From the NCBI RefSeq assembly GCF_009914755.1, contig NC_060942.1: 64,000 nucleotides of DNA; one strand, 5' to 3'. The notes under the pieces were generated by a model that did no database searches, was not told the DNA's origin, and saw only the letters and a program-made list of their open reading frames with translations. Positions 1-16,979 of this stretch are shown here, piece after piece. Both the position numbers and the translations under genes were made by a program. Each line of letters opens with the position of its first letter. The stretch's first letter is position 1. This DNA comes from the human T2T-CHM13v2.0 reference genome, Homo sapiens.

Positions 1-1000
<1,000 letters not shown>

Positions 1001-1029
1001 CAATGAAATAGTAGATAATAATAATAATA

Positions 1030-1170
1030 ATAATAGTGCTGCCATTTTTTTGTATGTGAGGCAGTTGACATTCTGGAATTTTAATTCTTAAAATAAGACT
1101 GCAATATAGGTATTATTATCTACATTTTAAAATAAGAAAATTGAAGCTCAGAGTAGTTAAGTATCTGTTG
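1030..1170 (-). mobile_element. MIR fragment
   Basis: aggtattattatctacatttta...gaaaattgaagctcagagtagttaagt resembles the MIR core reverse complement. Confidence 0.65.
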
Positions 1171-2568
1171 CTCCTTGTCTTCTTCCATAGATCACATATT
1201 TATCATTTCACCTTATTTCCTTAAAGGATTCCTGTTTGTGAGCTATGTTCAAGTAAGAGCCTTAAAATCTGTTTAGAACTCCTAAATTTAAAAACTCCAA
1301 TTCCATAAGAAAGAAATCAAGTGAGTAAAATAAAAATAAAAAGAAACATTTGGTGGAACATTGAAAGCAGTGCATCAATAAATATAACAATATAACAAGA
1401 TGAAAATAATGCGCTGAAAACTCAGAAAAGATGAAAATGAATAAAAAGGATTAGCAACAATAGAGGCTGACAAATGGAATCATTAATGTACTGCTTCAAT
1501 CTGCAAAGCATTGTTGAAAAGCAAGCAAGAAAGAGAAAGAGCAGTGAAAATTGTTGAAAATCAGGGACATAAATAATTCTGACTGTTATCACTTCATAGG
1601 TTAGATTTCTAAGTTCACACACACAAGGGGCTTCTTATTTCCTTGCTATTACTTTGTTTTCATTCAGGTAAGCTCTTACCCAGAGAGGGGAGATGGTTCT
1701 TCTTCTGGTATATCAGCTGTTGTCAACATGACAAAATGGAAAGGTTGTGTTTTATCCCACTGGTACAATCAGACTGTTGCTTTCTGTTAAATGATTTTTA
1801 AAGCAGACTTCTATTTAAATGGTACACATCAATGAAATAGATATCTCCAAATAAAAATATAAATATATAAAAACAGCATAATTTCATAACTCTCTTATTA
1901 ATTTTTAGCATGTGATTGCTCTGTTTCAAAGAGAAAAAAAGTAAAAGATATCATTCCTCCTAGGTTATCTGAAGAGAAACTCATGCTGATCTTTTTGAAT
2001 CAGAAGAAAGATTCCATGGGGCCAAACTACTTATTCTTTTACCTATTTATTATTTTCTTATGATAAGTTTAATATCCCCTCAAATCTGGGTATCTTTATG
2101 TTGTTATTGTTGCAAAGATAGTGTTTTTCATTAAATTTTCTTTAGTAGCACTGCAATGTTAAAAACTGTCACAGTTAGAGACTATATTCCTTAGTGCAGT
2201 GTAACCTTTAAAACAATGTTTAAAAGAACTTACTGCAGTTTGAAAGCAGAGTTAAAGTTGTCTCACCTCAGCTTTTGGGGCATTTATCTGATTTGATGAC
2301 AATGGTTTTATAGAGAGGATATTGAAATAGTTAAAGTACTTACAGTGTTATAAATTTGACATAAAATGTTATAAATATACATTAAAACTTTATAACCACC
2401 AAAAGTAATTAAGCAATATAAAAATGCACTATAAGATTTTAATCTAAGGAAATATGAGAATTGAATGTGATGTGTGAAAAAAATGTGCTTGTGGAGTGGG
2501 TAAATTTTTATGGGGGTATTTGGTATGAGATGTCAACTTTCAAGTGAATTTGCTTCTTCTCCTCTCAG

Positions 2569-2768
2569 ACTCCAACACTAAGCATTCACCTGGAGATAAC
2601 CTACAGAGATACTCTGTGTTACCCACAACTAGTCTGTTGACTAAGTTGGTGAATATATTTGGGAAAAGCCCATGTGGAAGAATGGAAGCCTGCATTATCT
2701 TTCTCAGAGACAGACAGGAAGGTGACTCTATGGAAGACATCAGCGATAAACTAGGAAGGAGTGACACG
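2569..2768 (+). other. Candidate 200-nt internal exon of an unidentified (probably non-coding) transcript
   Basis: Acceptor tttgcttcttctcctctcag|A (AG 2567-2568); donor ACG|gtaagt (GT 2769-2770); sequence not recognised as a repeat; one frame open across it. Confidence 0.5.
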
Positions 2769-3029
2769 GTAAGTGAAAATAGAGATATGCAGTGTGAGAG
2801 AGAAATTCTGCTTATTTTTTCTTAATAAAAGAAAAATGAGAATATAAAGAGGAGAGAAACAAATGAACATTTAAAATGTTTGCATGATCTGGTTGCATCC
2901 AGGTCCTTACATGAAAAGTAGGTAATCTGTTCACCAACCTAAAGAGGTGGTCATCTACTATTTCTGTTATAAGTGTAGGAAATGGCATGTATATAATATA
3001 GTCAATTTCCCTAGTAAAACTTGAAATAG

Positions 3030-5150
3030 TTATTCATTTAATGATTCATTCATTTAGTAAACATTTATTGAGTGCTATTTATGAGATAGGCATATTCAAA
3101 ATCTGAACAACTGAATATATACATTCCTGACCGCAAGGAATTCACAGCTGGTAAAGGGTGTATCCAAGTCAGCAAATCACCTCAAGACAATTGTTGTCAG
3201 TGTAGTAATGGTTTCAGTAGAGAGGAAGAATGCCAAATTTTGCCAAGATAGAGGCAGGCAGCTTCAAGGAGAAGATGCCTGAGCTAATTTTAAAACTTAA
3301 GTCGTACATTAACAAATGGACACACACGAGATAATAATTCCAGAGAGAGATAATACAAAAAGTATCTAAATATTAAAAGTATGGGCTATTTGGTAAAATT
3401 CAGGTAATTCCATAATGCTGAAATGTAGATTTCAAGATTCAGGTAGTTCCATGATGCTGAAAAATAGACGTATGAGCCCGAAAAGTGCAACAAGAGCAGT
3501 CTAGAGAAGTAAGCACGGGCCAGAGTCTTCATGGTCCTCAACATACAAGCTCATTCTCAGGCTATGGGCCTGAGAACATTCGAAGAACGTTCAGGTCCAC
3601 TATTGGCATATTCTGGGGTCTTCAGTATCCTGTTGAGGTTATTCTGGAGATGGCAACACCAGGAGGAGAAATGGTAATAACAATAAAAGCTGGCAGTCTG
3701 GATGTAGAATCCATGGAATTAAACACAACACTATTATATTATGAAGGGGCTATTAATTGATGCAAAATAATATGAACTTAAGAAAAAAATATTTGAAAAT
3801 AAAATAGGAAAAATAAGAAAGATATTGAGTAATATTTAGGGCATACAATCAGGGGGACATTGTAGCTAATAGGATATCAGGAGTGAGTATGATGCTTGAA
3901 TCTAGGATAACTCTTGGATCCCTGGATTGAATCATTTATTCATTGCATATGCAGCTGCTGAAATATGCTGATCACCATGTTAAGTCATTGGACTACAATG
4001 TTTGGTGAAAATATACATGATTTTTATCATCAATTTTATAACTCGGAGATTTTTATTAATTAAATAATCACCCTATTTAATGTAAATGGCAACTGAAGAA
4101 ACATTCATTTTACTTTCTACCTTTTTAAAATTAGAGCATAAGGAATTTGAGTTAGACTTGTAGTTAAGAAAGGCTTTACTGAGGAAGTGATGCTGGAGCT
4201 GAGATCTAAGGAATGAATGAGTAGAAGTTACTTGGGGTGGGGCTCTTTGTAAGTGATGGTGTGTCATGCAGCAAGGGAGACTTGAAGAAGGGAAGCACAT
4301 TCAGGACAGATACTAAGGGATATTGAGGTACCAGAGACATCCACATGCATATGTGCATTGGATAACTGCAAACATTGATTGGCCATTAGGAGAATCCATC
4401 TGGACAAAATTTGGGCACTTTACTGTTCAGTGGTTTGGTGATATGTGTGTAGGTGAGATCACACAGGAAGTACGTGAAAAGTGAGAAAGGATGTGAGCTC
4501 AGGGCTGGACCAGTGTAACATTTAAGGGCTATGTAGAGAGGAAGTGGCCTAATGATTGCAAAAAAAAAAAAGTGGGGGAGGTGGTTAAGAGAGAAGAGGA
4601 AAACCAGGCTGGAAGTACAGCAGAGGAACAGAACATCTCAAACGGGTGTCGCAAGTGCCACAGAAAAAACAGGTCCAGTAATGACTGAAAACAACAAATT
4701 TGGTAACTAGCCAATTTACCAGACTAACCTTTGTAGTGTTAACTACAGGTCAGTTAACTGTAACCTTTGTAGTTAGCAGGACAACTGTAGTGGAGTGGTG
4801 ACAGCAGAAGGCAGATTGGGTTGGAAGGAAATAAAAGTTAAGAAAATAGAGACTGTGATGCATACTTGCCCAGCTGTTTCAAGTGGCTTGGCTGTAATGG
4901 GTAGGAGAAAGCATACCAAGACTAGAGAAAGTGCCAAGGAAAGATTTTGTTGCTTGCTTGTTTTATGTATTTGTTCACCGATGAAGAGTCTAGCACAAGT
5001 TTGTAAGCCCAAAGGAGAGGGGTCATGCAGAGAAGGAAGTTGATGCACGTGATGAGCCATAGGGGATCACTGACTACATGAGGGAGAGGATTGGCTCCAG
5101 GCACATAGGGAGGGAAGAACATTGGCCAGAGGCATCTCGTTATCTGATTC
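3030..5150 (-). mobile_element. L2 (LINE-2) fragments, at least two 3' ends
   Basis: L2 3'-end signature tattcatttaatgattcattcatttagtaaacatttattgagtgc at ~3031 and aatcatttattcattg at ~3930, each followed by purine-rich L2 body. Confidence 0.6.
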
Positions 5151-5183
5151 AGGAGGGGTGAGATTATATGGACAGACGCTGTT

Positions 5184-5240
5184 GCCGCAGGTGGTGAATG
5201 TATTAGCCAGCAGGTATTAAGTGCTCAGGTACCAGACCCT
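5184..5240 (+). repeat. 57-bp dispersed direct repeat, copy 1
   Basis: gccgcaggtggtgaatgtattagccagcaggtattaagtgctcaggtaccagaccct; 56/57 identical to 6187-6243. Confidence 0.95.
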
Positions 5241-6186
5241 GGCTAAGCTCTGTGTCTGTGTTTTCAGTTTTAAGATTCCATGCTGGCATCAAGTCACTCG
5301 TATTAAAGTTCTGTTTGAGACTAACTTTTATGGTCTTTTAAGCATTCACATTCTTTCTCTTTCTTATGCAAGGTAATCATTTATTCACAGTTCTCCAATT
5401 CTATTCCTTTAAAGTTGACATTTTGGTAGACATTTTGGTAGAAGAATGTGAAGTTTTCAGTTTGTTGCTATCCCTATGGTAATTGGTATAATTCTTAGCC
5501 ACTATTTTTGTGTGTTCTTAGAATAGCAGAGTTCATGTGCAGGAAAACTTGGACCGCTGCTGGCCCCATAAGGCAGTGATCCTGAGACTGGAAATATAAG
5601 TTGGAAGTATGTATTGTTAGTATGAATGTGCATCCTGTTACCTGAAGGGTCTTGTTAGGGTAGCCCTGAGCCTTGCACAGCAGGAGGGTGTATGTGACCG
5701 CATTTGGCAGTGGGGAATATTCAGAGCTTTTGGCTTACTCAGACCTGTTCAGGCTCTTCAGAGTATCTATGACAACCAACAGGTCTCCAAGAACCTGAGG
5801 GAGCTCAGCTGAGAACACCCATCTGTTCTGGCTCGGTTGCCTTTTCCTGAGCTAAGTAAACTCTTAAGCTGAGCTAAATCTGACACTGGGGTCTAAGTAC
5901 ACTGCAAGTGCATGGTGCTTCATTATTGGCATGCAGTCCACTGCATCCATGAATGTGGTCGGTGAGACTGGCCAACTTTTCTCCATCCCCACAGCACATA
6001 TTCCAAATTTGCACCCGTTCCTTGAGGCTACTTCCCTGTTCCACAGCCAATGGCTTCTAGAAAGACCATTGAGACTTTTAGACACGACTCCCTCAACTTC
6101 CTACCTCTCTAGCCCTATTAAAAAATACTTGCAGCAAAAGGTCATGAATCAATAAGAGCACAAATTTTTGGAGCACATTTTTTTGG

Positions 6187-6243
6187 GCCGCAGGTGGTGA
6201 ATGTATTAGCCAGCAGGTATTAAGTGCTCAGATACCAGACCCT
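6187..6243 (+). repeat. 57-bp dispersed direct repeat, copy 2
   Basis: Same as 5184-5240 apart from one G>A; sits between two copies of a second ~49-bp repeat (6124-6172 and 6261-6308). Confidence 0.95.
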
Positions 6244-6287
6244 ATGCTAATGCCCAAAAGAATACTTGCAGAAAAAGGTTGGGAATC

Positions 6288-6430
6288 AATAAGAGCACAA
6301 ATTTTGGAAGCAGACAGTTGTGGTTTCAAGTTCCAGCTCTGTCACTTATGAGCAATGTGGTCTTAGGCAAGTCATTTAACCTTCCTGAGCCGGTTTTCCT
6401 ACCTCATGGGATTGTCGTGAGTGTCTTAAA
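6288..6430 (+). mobile_element. MIR
   Basis: aagagcacaaattttggaagcagac...ttcaagttccagctctgtcacttatgagc...ggcaagtcatttaaccttcctgagcc. Confidence 0.75.
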
Positions 6431-7606
6431 ACCAAAGTAAAAAATACTGTGTTGACATTATCTGATTATGTAAACATAAGCATTTAGTGTTTGTAGCAAC
6501 CAGAAATGAAAGAAATGGTCAACATCAAGACATCTGATGAAGTAAACATTTACTTCAATAATACCCACACACAAAAAGAGGGAAAAATCTGCAAGATACA
6601 TGCTAAAAAATGCAGTCTATAAAATTCAACTATTCCTATTTTAAAAAATCATAAAATCAAGAATAAAAGGATACGTGCTAAAATGGTAGAGAATAATCAC
6701 TTTAATGCAGCATTCTAAAACAGAAAAATATAATAACATTAGCATATTTTTAACAGAAAAACATTAGCAGCATTTTTATTAATGGACTAAACAAGGGTAT
6801 CAAAAGTCTCCTGTGTGACTTAACATTGTTCTAAAGTTCTGGTGTAGACATTAAGAAATGGGATGCAAAAAGGAAGCTTAATTCTTGGAAAAAGGGAAAC
6901 AATTGTTTCCCAAAACTATTATTCGATTGATTAAAAATCCAAGAGAATATACAAAAAAACTCATGAAGTAAGAATGTAACATAGCTTTGAAACATCAAAA
7001 AAGTCTATTTACCAAAATCACCAGTTTGAATCATTTATTTATTCCACAAACAATGAAATAGCAACAAAATCACTGAACAACTGAATAATACATTGAATAT
7101 AAAAACAAAACAAAAGCTATAGAAATAATACAGAATAGAAATAATAAATCTTTAAAAGAGAATGAAATAGATAAATCCCAAGTAAATCTAAAAAATAGGA
7201 AATGATGGTTAGAAGCATGTACAGTGGGGCTAAGAAATGTCAGCTCACATCTTGGCTCTACCAGTTAATAGCTGGATAACCTTGAACTGGATCCTTAACC
7301 TTAGTCTGCCAAAGACAGCCCTAGCTCAGCAAATTCCCACCTACACAGCAAATGCAGTTAGACTGTTTCAGCCTGTCCTCTATCTAAAACATTTGGGTTG
7401 TTTATGATGTTTTTGACAAATAAAGCTTTTAAATTTTTAATTAGTCAGATCTGTAAATCTTTTTTATGTGTTTGCCTCTTGGCATTATTTTCCATCTCTC
7501 TCCTTGGAATCTTCTCTTTTTTTAGGCTCTATTCCTAGGTTATTTTCTTTTGTCGGAAATGAGAAATCTTTATTTGTCCATTCACTTTTCTCAAGAGAAG
7601 ATTTTC

Positions 7607-8508
7607 GGAGGAGCCAAGATGGCTGAATAGGAACAGCTCTGGTCTACAGCTCCCAGCGTGAGCGATGCAGAAAACAGGTGATTTCTGCATTTCCATCTGA
7701 GGTACCGGGTTCATCTCACTAGGGAGTGCCAGACAGTGGGCGCAGGTCAGTGGGTGCGCGCACCGTGTGTGAGCCGAAGCAGGGTGAGGCATTGCCTCAC
7801 TCAGGAAGCGCAAGGGGTCAGGGAGTTCCCTTTCCTAGTCAAAGAAAGGGGTGACGGACGGCACCTGGAAAATCAGGCCACTCCCACCCGAATACTGCGC
7901 TTTTCCGACGGGCTTAAAAAACGGCGCACCATGAGATTATATCCCGCACCTGGCTCGGAGGGTCCTACCCCATGGAGTCTCGCTGATTCCTAGCACAGCA
8001 GTCTGAGATCAAACTGCAAGGCAGCAGCGAGGCTGGGGGAGGGGCGCCCGCCATTGCCCAGGCTTGCTTAGGTAAACAAAGCAGCCGGGAAGCTCCAACT
8101 GGGTGGAGCCCACCACAGCTCAAGGAGGCCTGCCTGCCTCTGTAGGCTCCACCTCTGGGGGCAGGGCACAGACAAACAAAAAGACAGCAGTAACCTCTGC
8201 AGACTTAAATGTCCCTGTCTGACAGCTTTGAAGAGAAGAGTGGTTCTCCCAGCAGGCAGCTGGAGATCTGAGAATGGGCAGACTGCCTCCTCAAGTGGGT
8301 CCCTGACCCCTGACCCCCGAGCAGCCTAACTGGGAGGCACCCCCCAGCAGGGGCACACTGACACCTCACACGGCAGGGTATTCCAACAGACCTGCAGCTG
8401 AGGGTCCTGTCTGTTAGAAGGAAAACTAACAAACAGAAAGGACATCCACACCAAAAACCCATCTGTACATCACCATCATCAAGACCAAAAGTAGATAAAA
8501 CCACAAAG
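7607..8508 (+). promoter_or_regulatory. L1 5'UTR: internal sense promoter, antisense promoter region and YY1 site
   Basis: YY1 motif caagatggc at 7615-7623; CpG-rich first ~500 bp; promoter function is established for the family, not shown for this copy. Confidence 0.8.
7965..8054 (-). pseudogene. L1 ORF0, truncated to 29 aa
   Basis: Antisense translation MAGAPPPASLLPCSLISDCCARNQRDSMG*; a 1-bp deletion relative to the consensus (ggtcctacgcccacgg) creates a TAG (cta 7965-7967). Confidence 0.85.
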
Positions 8509-9524
8509 ATGGGGAAAAAACAGAACAGAAAAACTGGAAACTCTAAAATGCAGAGCGCCTCTCCTCCTCCAAAGGAACGCAGTTCCTCACCAGCAACGGA
8601 ACAAAGCTGGATGGAGAATGACTTTGACGAGCTGAGAGAAGAAGGCTTCAGATGATCAAATTACTCTGAGCTACGGGAGGACATTCAAACCAAAGGCAAA
8701 GAAGTTGAAAACTTTGAAAAAAATTTAGAAGAATGTATAACTAGAATAACCAATACAGAGAAGTGCTTAAAGGAGCTGATGGAGCTGAAAACCAAGGCTC
8801 GAGAACTATGTGAAGAATGCAGAAGCCTCAGGAGCCGATGTGATCAACTGGAAGAAAGGGTATCAGCAATGGAAGATGAAATGAATGAAATGAAGCGAGA
8901 AGGGAAAGTTAGAGCAAAAAGAATAAAAAGAAATGAGCAAAGCCTCCAAGAAATATGGGACTATGTGAAAAGACCAAATCTACATCTGATTGGTGTACCT
9001 GAAAGTGATGCGGAGAATGGAACCAAGTTGGAAAACACTCTACAGGATATTATCCAGGAGAACTTCCCCAATCTAGCAAGGCAGGCCAACGTTCAGATTC
9101 AGGAAATACAGAGAACGCCACAAAGATACTCCTCAAGAAGAGCAACTCCAAGACACATAATTGTCAGATTCACCAAAGTTGAAATGAAGGAAAAAATGTT
9201 AAGGGCAGCCAGAGAGAAAGGTCAGGTTACCCTCAAAGGGAAGCCCATCAGACTAACAGCGGATCTCTCGGTAGAAATTTTACAAGCCAGAAGAGAGTGG
9301 GGGCCAATATTCAACATTCTTAAAGAAAGAATTTTCAACCCAGAATTTCATATCCAGCCAAACTAAGCTTCATAAGTGAAGGAGAAATAAAATCCTTTAC
9401 AGACAAGCAAATGCTGAGAGATTTTGTCACCACCAGGCCTGCCCTAAAAGAGCTCCTGAAGGAAGCACTAAACATGGAAAGGAACAACCGGTACCAGCCG
9501 CTGCAAAATCATGCCAAAATGTAA
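8509..9524 (+). pseudogene. L1 ORF1 (RNA-binding/chaperone protein), disrupted
   Basis: ATG 8509 MGKKQNRKTGNSK...; CGA>TGA at codon 49 (8653-8655); 1-bp deletion in aaagaaagaattttc (~9326-9328); span is 1016 bp vs 1017 bp for the intact 338-aa ORF. Confidence 0.95.
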
Positions 9525-9560
9525 AGACCATCGAGACTAGGAAGAAACTGCATCAACTAA

Positions 9561-13415
<3,855 letters not shown>

Positions 13416-13458
13416 ACAATGAGATCACATGGACACAGGAAGGGGAACATCACACTCT

Positions 13459-13492
13459 GGGGACTGTTGTGGGGTGGGGGGAGGGGGGAGGG
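13459..13492 (+). other. G-rich tract in the L1 3'UTR (potential G-quadruplex)
   Basis: ggggactgttgtggggtggggggagggggg-aggg: five G-runs of 3 or more. Confidence 0.75.
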
Positions 13493-13845
13493 ATAGCATT
13501 GGGAGATATACCTAACGCTAGATGACAAGTTAGTGGGTGCAGTGCACCAGCATGGCACATGTATAGATATGTAACTAACCTGCACAATGTGCACATGTAC
13601 CCTAAAACTTAAAGTATAATAATAAAAGAAAAAAAAACTTAAAAAAAAAAAAAGATTTTCACTACCTTCTCCACTAGCAGAGATACATGTTTGCATTTTG
13701 TTAAATTACAAGACATACTTTTTTAAAATTGTGAAACCCTACAGAGAGAAGGTTTAGGCTGAATTAAAAACTAAAATTCAAATAACTCCTATTTTTAAAA
13801 GAAGTATTTTTTAATCTCTAAGTTACCTTCTCTTTCTTCTCTCTG

Positions 13846-13853
<8 letters not shown>

Positions 13854-13902
<49 letters not shown>

Positions 13903-13914
13903 CTCTCTCTCTCT
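13854..13914. repeat. Compound microsatellite (AC)~22 then (CT)~8
   Basis: Read directly from sequence. Confidence 0.97.
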
Positions 13915-14299
13915 TACCCATAGGTTTATTTTCCTGAGCTTATTTTCTCATCTACTTCTTAAACTAATATAGACTATGAATTTCATAAGATAGCTCAAAT
14001 TGTTTTCAGAACAAGACAAGATAAAGATTAATAATAATATCAGAACATTCTGTCTGGAAAGACACAAGAAGCTGCCTTAGCTGTATTCTCAAGGAAATAA
14101 CCTTGAAAAGTTTCATTACCATGTAACTGTTTATCAAGAGATACAGAAGAGCTTATTGAAAAGGCACTTCATCCAAACCTCAGTGAGGATGACAGTGCTG
14201 ATGCTTCCTGGGCTGCTATTTCCCATGACCTTGTCCTACCCCAGCCCACCCCAACCCTGCTGTTAACTTTCAATCTTCAGAAGACTGGGACGGAAAATG

Positions 14300-14505
14300 T
14301 CAATGCAGTATTTTTAATTTTGGTTTGCATAAAAATCACTTGGAAAGAAATGCTAAAATGCAGATTCTATGGCAACATTCTTAGAAATTCTGATTCAGTT
14401 TGTCTGGGGGAGGCTGAGAATTTGAATATTTAGAAGTAACCCTCTGCCCTTGCTCCCATGATTCTAACACATGTGATGATGCACACCAAATTTTGAGGAA
14501 TATGA
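14300..14505. mobile_element. MER5A/B-like hAT-Charlie MITE
   Basis: aatcacttgga...aaaatgcagattct...tctgattcagt...ggctgagaatttgaatattt...tgattct. Confidence 0.7.
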
Positions 14506-15613
14506 TTTAAGTAAACTTCTTAATTGTATTCAATGGTATTGGTATTTTTGTTATTGTTGTAGTAACGTAAAAAGTGAAATTAACCTAATAAAAATGTTTC
14601 AATTGTCTGTTTTTATTTTAATAAGATTGACATATTTTTGTGTTCTGGTTTTGCTAGCTTCATTTAATACATTGATGTCTCTTAAAAGATTTAAAAAATG
14701 ATGTTAACTATTCAGAAAGCAAAAAAAAAAATTCTGTTACTTAAGATTTTAACATAATTAGTAGGCAAAATAATCTAATCCTGAGGTTTTGTTTGTTTGT
14801 TTGAAGTAATCCATACAGAGCATATTATTCTGCTATGGTTACTGATCTAACAAAAATTGCAAATTGGTTCAGAGATGGAAGAGTAGCCAAGTTTGGGCAG
14901 AACATATCATACATAAGAGGGTCTAACGGAATACAGGAATGGAAAATTCATATGGGACTCGTTCATGGAGGGCCTTAAATAGGTATAGAATAAATAGCTA
15001 ACAAAACATTTATATGTACATTATATCATTTTATGTTTATAATAGCACCATGAAATAGGTAGTATCTCCATTCTCATTTTATAAATGAGGAAACCAAGGA
15101 TTGGGATGGATTTAGAAGAAGGGCTCTGATTAGGAAACCAAATCCAAGTAAGTATCAGTGAGGAAATACATCCTTAGGGACAAAGTAAAATGTTAGAACA
15201 GAGCATCCACAGTGCCTGGGATCAGATGAGCAAGGTGGAGTTTTGAAGGGCCTATGTGATAGCAGTCTCTTCTGGGTGTTTGGTATTGGTAGCCTCACAA
15301 GGTAGTTTTGCCATCTCAGAACATCTTTTGATGTTTAGTTCGTCTGATTCTACTTTTTCTAGTTATTTGACACTTCCCAAGCAGAGGTTCATCAAGATGA
15401 TTTGACACTTCAAACTTACATATTTTAGGGGCTATCTTTAAGTAAAAGAATTTCTCAAAAATCTCATTTTTGTAACATTCATAAAAACAGACCATGTTAT
15501 CACATTTCTAATACTCCTCCTAGTAACCTATGAAAATGAAGGGACATTTAACAAAAGTATATTTAGCTTCATAATAAACCTGTTTCTGCTCTTGGGTAAG
15601 AATTAAAATTTTG

Positions 15614-15918
<305 letters not shown>

Positions 15919-16336
15919 TTAAATTTTAATAGGAAGTTTCAAGATGTAGTAGTTAAAGTATTAACTTACAGAGTGGGAATTTCATAAATCTAGAACTGTA
16001 TGAACCTCAAATTATGCCAGTAAGGATGTCATAACTTTTTACTTAGGGATCAGCTCTTTCGGACAGTATCCAGGGTCACTGGTAGAGACTGTGTGTTGTA
16101 CAAGAGTCATGGCAGACATGATCCCTAGGTCCCTATTTTCTTCCTTCCTAGAAATATAGGCATGTGTTTCTATTTCTATATGCATGTATGTGTGTGTGTT
16201 TGTATCTATATATATTCCTGTAGATGTACAAGTGAAGTCATAGAAATTTGAATAGAAAAAAGGGGTAATTTGTTCTGGAATTCTCAGGCCAATGCCTCTA
16301 TGTTAGAAAGGTAAAATATCTCCTCACTTATTCAAC

Positions 16337-16723
16337 TGCTATGGACTAAATTGTGTCCTGCCCGCCCCCCTCCCCAGTTTCATATGTGGAAGCACTAATC
16401 CCTAGTGTGATGATATTTGGAGGTGGGGCCTTTGTAGGGTAATTAGAGTTACATGAGGTCATGAATGGGGCTTTCATGATGGAATTAGTGGCCTTTTAAG
16501 AAGAGACATCAGAAAACTTGCCTCCTTTTCTCTCTCTCTGCCACAAGAGAATACAAGAAGGTTGTGGTCTATAGGCCAAGAAGAGAGCCCTCATCAGGAA
16601 ATGAACCCTGCAAGACCTCAGTCTTGGATTTCCAGCCTCCAGAACTATGGGAAAATCCATTTCTGTTAGTTAAACCACTCAGTTTATGGTAATTTGTTAT
16701 GGCAGCCTGAGCAGACTAAGATA
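16337..16723 (+). mobile_element. MaLR solo LTR (MLT1A-like)
   Basis: Starts tgctatggactaaattgtgtcc; ends ttgttatggcagcctgagcagactaagata. Confidence 0.85.
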
Positions 16724-16979
16724 CCCATCATATAGCTAATTTTTGAAATGAAATGTGCAAAGATAGTTGAATATAATAAAAGTACCTTGTGAGATATCAA
16801 TAAAAAAAAGTCTTCGAAGTGGTTTAAATCAATTACTTATCCACTCTGCTATGGCAGTTCCAACTTGGATTTTATGTTTATAATGATGCAACAGTCTTCA
16901 TGGTGACTTCCTGAATGTGGATTCTTCTGTATCCATGCTGCTACAAAATTAATTTTCCTTTAAAACATATACATTTACT

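Noticed and set aside
7535-8504. ORFs overlapping the L1 5'UTR (7535-7813, 7736-7993, 8205-8504) and antisense ORFs inside ORF2
   Set aside because: By-products of L1 sequence; none is ORF0, which starts at 8054 and is truncated
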